From Oopsacas minuta (Eukaryota > Animalia > Porifera): DNA of 40,122 bases. Both the position numbers and the translations under genes were made by a program. Position 1 is the stretch's first letter. Every line of letters starts with the position of its first letter. Under the pieces are notes generated by a model. It ran no database searches. It was not told the DNA's origin and worked only from the letters and a program-made list of their open reading frames with translations. Below, piece after piece: positions 32,387 through 40,122 of this stretch. The stretch spans positions 1 to 40,122 of the forward strand of contig JAKMXF010000064.1 of the NCBI GenBank assembly GCA_024704765.1, written 5' to 3'.

Positions 32387-34429
32387 GATTATTGTTTTTG
32401 ATAATTTAAAAATCACAATGGTATTTATATACTCTTAGACAACCCTCAATAGTTATATATTAATTCAAGTGGCATTTGAATTATTCCGCAAGCAGGAACT
32501 ATTACTAAATTTGGTCCAGTCATAAGTACCTGGGCTCTGGGATAAATCCATAGATACGGTATACATTCCAATGGTCACCATTGGAAATGTATTATTTCGA
32601 CATACTAGTCAACTATTCAATCCTTGGAAACACATTGGGCACTTAGGTATGTTTGTGCTCATTTTACTGGTAGACAATTTTCAATACAGAATAAAATTAA
32701 CACAACAAAAGAAAAATTTAGATAGAAGAGCACATTAGAAGATAATTATCAAAATCCTTGATACATAGTGATATACCTGTATAGCAATCTGGGTTCTATC
32801 GAAAGTCTGTTGACCGGATTGTAAGTACATACGTATCTACAAATCAGAGTGGTGGTAAATTGATAATTTTCTAATACGTATGTAGATTTATCAAATTTTA
32901 AGGTAGGTTCTTACCAAAAATATTCTAATCTGTTCTTTATCATTTGTTTACTTATTTGTTTTTGTTGGTTACTCGTGCGTTTACTATGAGATTTATAATG
33001 AAAGGGTCTGTCTGAATGGTGGAAATTGGTGGAACCATCTTTATATTAATTTATATTAGTTATATCTATAACCTTATTAACTATGACTCCTAACGTTGCT
33101 TAACATGTGAGACTAATATTCTGTGCGATAAGCCCATATTTTAAGATTTAATACAACGTAGGTGCTAATCTCCATCTCAAATGTACCTATATACCTATGC
33201 CAATTTTGATTATATCGGCCTACTACATTTGCAGGATTGGTGGACAAACGGATCTACGCACATAGCACATCCATACCAATAGGCCATCCCATAGAAGCGG
33301 TACTCAAAATGCTAAGATATATTATAATATTATATTATAATATGTTATGAGTAAATAATCTATATTATTAAATCTCAATGTTTGTTTGTCCGTTGTCAAG
33401 GAATGGATTTACGGTATGCAATTTTGAATTGTCGCATAACTATGTATTTATCGTGTTTATCAAGGAAGTAAATAGAATTGAATAAAACTTCACTAAATAT
33501 ATCGAACATGCTGAATCCGATTTTCACACTTTTGGATTAATCATATGTAAATTTGTTTTTGCTTTTATGAATATAAAGTAAACAAATTATCCTAATCACA
33601 AAACATACGTACAGGCTTGCTCTAAACAGCTAGCCAGGAGTAAGTAAGCATAATGGATAATATATTATGTTTAATTATTGTCTCTACAATTATTCAACAA
33701 TCTATTTATTAAAGTTTAGATAATGTTTCATGCGAAAATGTATTAATCACGTTAATTTTAGTTTCAGATGTCACAGTAGAAATTGTAAGTAATAACCTTG
33801 GTTACTGAATAGAATCCCGTATATTTTATCAATTCTACAGTGAATACCAGTGAGACGTAATTAATTACTATATATGTAATACAGTTATCAAACTTATTAT
33901 TATGCGAATTTCTGTATTGATATTTGGAAAAGATAATTATGAACAAGAATCAGGATTGTCCTATTTTCATAACGTCAATATTAGTAATTTAATGTTTTAG
34001 TATAGAGAAGAACTCAATTTAATTCTCCTGAATTTGCATATTCAAGTTTCTCATATGTAATTTATTGTTGTTTTTATTAATGTAAAGGAAACAAATTAGC
34101 AAAATCCATATAGATATTTGCTCTCACCGCTTCAAAGGGGGTTGATCTTACAAAATAATTCAATAATATATATGCCATATACGTGTATTTGTGAATACAT
34201 ATATCTATATTATAATACTCAAGAGGGCCGTCAATTTGGAAAATAATGGATACCTCGAGGCGCAATGCGCCGAGTTCATTGCAAAGCGACGAGTCAAGGG
34301 CTCGTAGAATAAATAATAGAATAAATATGATATGAAAATGAGGACTATACTACTGAAGGAATGGTAATATTCACTAGATAAGAATGAGCTAAAAAGAAAT
34401 CTTCTAAATTAAGGATTTTTCTTCATAAT

Positions 34430-35030
34430 TAATAGCTGTCGGATGAATAAACTTCTGGACAGGGCTAGTACAGTATACAGGACGTTTCAATGTAAGAGCG
34501 TAATAGGAAAAGGGTTTATCACAAGTTGGTGGTTTTTTGATAAGGGAGCCAGTTGCATCGATATTTAGAACGATGTAGTTATATTTGAAAAGTTTTACTA
34601 TTTCAATCTGTTTTTTTGTAAATAAATGAATTAGAAATGTGTCTTATACAATATATTGTATGTAACCAGGTATTTAATGGTCTGGTAATACAGAACGGAA
34701 ATGTTTCTGAGTTTCCACAATGTTTACTGGATCTTAATTGGAAAATCTTTCCAATGACTTAACATCTGATTTAATTCGCCTTAATGTTTGTTGAAAAGTT
34801 AGATTAGTGAAATTCCCTCTCTTGAATGCCTCTACATCTTTCTCATTTCTAAATTGTTGGTGGAACATATTACTTACTGAGTTGTGAATCAATTTTGCAC
34901 CTATCTCTTTCCTATTGTGAGAACTAACGTGACGTGCATGAATAGTTTTCCAATCTTGGTGTGCAAATGAATTACTACCTTCTGATTTGAACTCAGAATA
35001 AAAGGAGTGAATTAGGAACAAAATCATGGT
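34430..35030 (-). mobile_element. NOF/FB-like (Mutator-related) transposase relic, N-terminal to first catalytic Asp
   Basis: GNFTNLTFQQTLRRIKSD..RF, then VLNIDATGSLIKKP..FSYYAL..PV. Interrupted by stops and frameshifts. Confidence 0.55.
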
Positions 35031-35482
35031 GTAATACTATTCAACGACTATCAGTTATTTGATATCGAGAGATTCTGATGTTCCGGGATGACTGATAATG
35101 CTGAGCACATTGCAGAAAACTGTACTAATTTTCCTGAATATTATTCAAAGAGCGTCGTCCTGAGCTACAACGGAACCTCAATGTCAGTTTATTAACTGAA
35201 GTATCACCACACTTAACAAATAACGATTGTGAATCTCTGAACCATATTATTAAAGATCTAATAAATTACAAACCGCAGCCAGTTCATATTCTCGTAAAAA
35301 CACTAATAACTCATGTTAAAACACAGTACGAAGATATAGAGAGTACCTTATATGGAAGGGGTAACTACTGTCTAAATTCACAGTTTTATAATTTTCGAAT
35401 TAATTATACTACAAATTTAACAAAACTAATACAGAAATGACGTCATATTTTATCAAATTCCTCAAATTCAAGGTTCAGCAAG

Positions 35483-36170
35483 TATGTTGCAGAAATGATG
35501 AGTAGTGACCATGGCACGGCAGAGAACTCATTTTTTAAGTCAACGGCTACTAACTTGTAAGGCAGTTCACATAAGGATATGAAAATTGAACATATTGAGA
35601 TGGACTATAGTTGGGCGATAATGCATAGCACATGTTTGGCATTTAATAGACTGAGTATATTAGTATTCTTAACTCAATGTTGGGAAATTGTAAACAACAA
35701 AACTACTACTAAATCAGACATCCCAACTGTTTTGCATTTCTGTTCGACACATAGATTGCATCGAATTAGCTATAGATTAAATAGAATTAATATATTAGAC
35801 AAAAGGTAAACGGTAAGTATTACATTCATTGGGTAGTATGGTGAAAAGTAACAATATTGAAGAAATAAGCCTCGTTTCCGAATCATTGTGTATTTTGCTG
35901 ACTACTGAATTGAGGTTACCTCAAGTTATTAAGAGTCTAGTAGATTTGGAAAACTTAGTAAAGGGAAATTTCGAAATCAATTGTTCAGAAAACTTTATAT
36001 TGATGATTACCCTGATAATGCTGAAGGTAATACGCATAGAAAACGTCTCCCTTTGGAAGATATTTCGAAGAATGTTACTCTAACACAATCGTAAAATTTC
36101 TAGAGTAAAAACAACTGGTACAAAATCAAAATGCGTGTTATGGCCCTAAAATCCTCGAATATAATTCGAC
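35483..36170 (+). mobile_element. Second NOF/FB-like (MULE) transposase relic, central region
   Basis: VAEMMSSDH..IEMDYSWAIMHSTCLAFN..FLTQCW..VLHFCSTH (MULE-type CxxH). Stops present. Confidence 0.55.
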
Positions 36171-36374
36171 TTATTACACGCCATTGCTTCCTCTTTGGAG
36201 TGGGATCATTCTTAGTAAAGTAAATATAAATGTTATTTCAACTGATAGCAATGCAGAAGTCGAGAATTGGTTTAAATAGTCAAACACTGAATATTTAAGG
36301 ACATTACTATCGAAAGTGAGATTACATATATTCTCTCATTTACTTTATTATATCATTTAATTATTCAATTATTT

Positions 36375-37030
36375 ATGTTATTTGCTGTCCGTGGATTCTC
36401 AATCTCTCTCTCTTATAATGAGACATCTAGTGAAATATATTTCAATTGGACTCTCAGCTCAAGCACTCAGAATATTACTATCTACCTTAACTACTCACTT
36501 GATCTGACTTATAATCATTCTCAAAACGAAATGACATCTAATTTTCACAGATACTTATTCATTCTCACAGCTATCTACTGACAATAACTATACTCAAACT
36601 ATAAATCCTCCTGAATTTGATAAGGGAAATGTAGATACACACATTACAGCTTGTTTACAGATAACAAGATATAGGTGCTAAAAAGAAGGCAGAAGAGAAC
36701 AAGAGTGAAATGTAAGATATACATCATTATATTGTTATTATTGTTATTATTAGTTTGTTTAGGATTCTAGAAGAAACCTTATATACAGAATTAAACAAAT
36801 CAGGGAAGCAACCTCCAGCTGAGGTAACATTACACAATTAATACAGTAGTTATACATATTAATATTATCACACCTCTCTAGGCTGAACAGCCACAAATGA
36901 AAGGATTCTATGCAGACATAGACCACGTAACACCTAACTTGGATCAGTAAAATGGCCAGAACCAATCCAGGAGACCCACTACATGACTATACAGCCTCCT
37001 ATAGATGGTCCTAGCTCCCCAACTAACTAA
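36375..37030 (+). pseudogene. 3' fragment of a paralogue of the Ig-FN3 receptor family (membrane-proximal domain and tyrosine-motif tail)
   Basis: ISLSYNETSSEIYFNWTLSSSTQNITIYLNYSLDLTYNHSQ aligns with LFLSYDNTTSILTIDW|TLLPVMTPPLILEYSLDLVYNHTQ of the minus-strand gene. Later: LYTEL..|..FYADID..HYMTIQP*. Frameshifts and stops present. Confidence 0.6.
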
Positions 37031-37231
37031 TATAAATTATACTAATAGCTCCTGTCTCCTGTCCCGTTTGTATATTTTATTATATGAACTATTTAGAACT
37101 ATATTTATCTTTCTTATCCTATATAGCTTTTATCATATGCATTTATACATTCTATTTATAGAATATTATTAATGTTTATTAATATATTAATCTGTTTGTT
37201 TATCAAATACGTATATGATTCTTTTCACACT

Positions 37232-37438
37232 TTATTCACAAGAGATTACTACTGACTCTCCTATACACACAGATACATTAGGAGTTATTGTGAAGATGTT
37301 ATCTATAGAAATAGTCCATAGTAAGACAGTAACTATAGCTAAATACAGCAGTACAATGAACATACCTTGAAGTTGTGCTCGAGTAATGAAGCTGAATAAC
37401 AACAACAACAAAAATCGAGAAAAACACCTAACTCTCAT
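37232..37438 (-). pseudogene. Truncated receptor paralogue: signal-peptide exon (37366..37438) plus start of an Ig exon (37232..37302) ending in TAA
   Basis: MRVRCFSRFLLLLLFSFITRAQLQ G|gtatgt..ctatag|(D)NIFTITPNVSVCIGESVVISCE*; phases match, and it resembles the start of the Ig exon at 39506. Confidence 0.6.
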
Positions 37439-37700
37439 TCCCACTATATTTCTGTACAACAAATGGAGGAATTGTAACAATAATAATAATAAAATTATCA
37501 AATATTTAAGGATACATTCATATAATTACTGTACCAGAGAGAGAAATAGCAGTAAAGCGTATTACTGTATGAACAAATATACGTCATTAAAAACAATAAA
37601 ATATTACATACAGCATTAGTAATATATCTTACAATTATAATTATTACTAAAATATACATTATTAAAATTAAAAATATTTACAAAAGCATTGAACAAATCT

Positions 37701-39637
37701 TCACTTCAAGTTAGAATACTGATGGCTAGTAGAAGTGTCCTGTGTAGAATGTATACCTGTAGGGGACATAGGGATGTAGTAAGGGTCCTCTGGTCTAGGA
37801 GTAGATCCAGGTGTTAATTTATCCATATCTATATATTGATAGAGATGTGCTGGTTCTGTAGGTTTAGCAGTAGACTTAATACTCTGTATCTTCCTGTACC
37901 CCCCCCATTATCACAAGAGCTATACTCATAGCAGATATAACAGATATGATATTATTAATATTAATATTATTATTACTATTAAGATTACTACAGCTAGTAG
38001 AAGAGATACAGGAGAATCTAGAAGATACAGAATATAATATTTTAAGGTGTTAAAACATAAAACAAATAATAATACAAACAAACAATAATACCTGCAACTG
38101 TTGGGAGAATTTCTAACGGGAAGAGTGAATGAGAGAACTTGAATACACACCTCAAATAACAATTAACAATTTCATATACGATAGTATAGAATTCGATGTA
38201 TAATCTACTCACTTGTGGTAACAGAGGCAGTAGTGGCAGTAGTGGGGAGTGTAGGTGGCTCTAAGATATACAATTAATTAATGCAATTCACCAAGTATCG
38301 CTGATTACTAAGACAGTCTAACCTGCATTAAAGAATCTACATATAGTGTGTCCATTGAATGCTCCACACTGTTGTATTATTTGTATACAAGTTGTAATGT
38401 TAGTTACTACTCCATCATCTGTAGTGAAGTTATGTGGAGTTATGTATGTAGTGTACTCAGTGATAGAAGAGAGTAATAGGAATGTAGTAGAGCTAGAGAA
38501 CTGGTGAGTAAGGTCTGATTGTGTGTGATTATAAACCAAATCTAGTGAATACTCCAGGATAAGAGGAGGTGTCATAACCGGAAGTAGAGTCTAGAGACAA
38601 TATAAATAGAATATTAAGTTATTAAATAGCTGATATACAAATATTAGTTACCCAATCAATAGTGAGAATACTGGTAGTGTTATCATAACTGAGGAACAGC
38701 TGAGGAGAGTTGTTTATAGAATAACCTATAAAGTAAACAAATAAATAAATAAATAAATACAGTATCAGTATATTTATACAACAAATATTACCTCCTATAC
38801 TAACAGTATTAACACCAGGAATAGAGGTACCAGCACAGCTGATAGCAGTAACAGAGTACTCATATATTGTATTGATAGTCAGCTGATTAGTATCTGTGTA
38901 ATGATTATCTGTTGTATTAGTTAATAATGTATTATTACGACACACAGAGTATTCTTTAATATCTCTATCACTATCAGGAGTAGTCCAGCTGATTACAATG
39001 TTAGTACAGTTATTATTAGGCTCAGAGAGTGTTACAGGAGGAGAGGAAGGAGGAACTAGAAGGAATGATTCATAACACGAATAATACTCGCAATACAAAA
39101 GTTATTATAGAATCACCTGCTTTATTGAGAGGAATAGTTTCACTTACAGCTTCTTGATCGATAATATCCTCATCAATAATATCCCCATCAATAAAAAAAA
39201 CAAAATTAGCAGTACATCCTAGCAGCAGATCTTTATCAGAACTAGTGAAAGAGTTTAGGGTGATTGATCCTACTACCTGGCTAGAGGAAGTATCATACAT
39301 AGCTGTCAGTCTGGCTAGGTTGGTACCGAAGTAATCCCCTGTACCTGAATTAACCTGATTATCAGATAAGGCGGCATCTGGATTAGCAATGATGAACCTA
39401 ACTTGGATAGAAATGAACAAATCGTTAGTATTAGGAGCCTTTAGGATACATTTCACTGTCACATCTTCTCCATTACAAGCTGATGAAGGTGTTTGGGTTA
39501 TAGTACCTGAAGGGAACACATATGTATATATACATAGCATGTTATGATACATTTCTCTATCCAAGTAACTTACCCGAGATACGGGATAATAGGAATAATA
39601 GGTTCACTAATGTACAGAGTTTATAGACAGATACCAT
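37701..39637 (-). CDS. Type I membrane receptor: signal peptide - Ig-like - FN3 - beta-rich domain - Thr-rich stalk - TM - (disconnected) tyrosine-motif tail
   Basis: Exons 39574..39637 (MVSVYKLCTLVNLLFLLSRIS), 39117..39506 (Ig-like, C..C), 38792..39055 (FN3: ISWTTP..YSV..YEYSVTAIS), 38652..38725, 38323..38590, 38213..38260, (38092..38150, 59 nt, out of phase), and 38017 downward (TM). All have GT-AG sites and compatible phases except the 59-nt exon. Frame lesions lie between the TM and the tail. Confidence 0.7.
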
Positions 39638-40122
39638 TTCATCATTAGGGAAAATAATATTTTTCTAATTCATAAATTTGAATGATGTCATGACAATAGG
39701 TATGTACATTAAGTTTGTATTGCATACACTATTGCTCTCATTTCAATTTGTAACACTTCAATCACTTCAACAAAGTGACCATGAGTTAAAGTATAGCAAC
39801 TAATTTTATGTGACAATTGTTTAAATAATATATACTAAACCATAGACTCCTTAAATAGAAGGACTAGTATCTCCTATGCTCGGGGCCTAGAACTTGGGTC
39901 CCATCATATCTTGGGTTGTACACATGCTAAAACCTTCATCTTGGTGTCTAACATGGGGTTTTGAGGGATAAGGAATTAATTTTTTATACTTTTGACCATC
40001 TAAAAGGTCACCTGAAGGTCATTTGAAGGTCATTTGAAGGTTAAAACACTCAAAATAGCAGGAATTTATCTAAAATTTTGTGTATTCTTCTAATCAAATC
40101 CAGGGTAACGAGACAAACACAG

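Noticed and set aside
40000-40045. Short TGAAGGTCATT tandem repeats
   Set aside because: About three copies, probably the subterminal repeat of an element running off the window; cannot be assigned.

Overview
AT-rich eukaryotic (animal) genomic DNA with short GT-AG introns. The gene style, including intronless MATEs, NHL-only proteins and Ig/FN3 receptors, resembles a sponge, but that is inference. Host genes: 3' exons of a WDR49/CFAP337-like gene, fucose-1-phosphate guanylyltransferase, two divergent intronless MATE/SLC47 transporters, a TDRD5-like LOTUS-Tudor gene with four LOTUS domains, and a small cluster of Ig-FN3 type I receptor genes with tyrosine-motif tails. Pseudogenes: a GH31 alpha-glucosidase fragment, a frameshifted NHL-repeat gene, and two inverted copies of an orphan RPL13 last exon. 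Mobile DNA is dense: a structurally complete but frameshifted Chapaev3 transposon (about 127-bp TIRs, TAA TSD), pogo/Tigger-like MITEs, and hAT and NOF/FB-like (MULE) relics. There are also two adjacent decayed DDE-integrase elements of different clades (Gypsy/Ginger1-like and KRBA2/Ginger2-like). Both carry a homologous C-terminal USP-fold (CYLD/USPL1-like) cysteine protease domain, which is the most unusual signal here. All homology calls come from motif recognition by eye; no database search was run.
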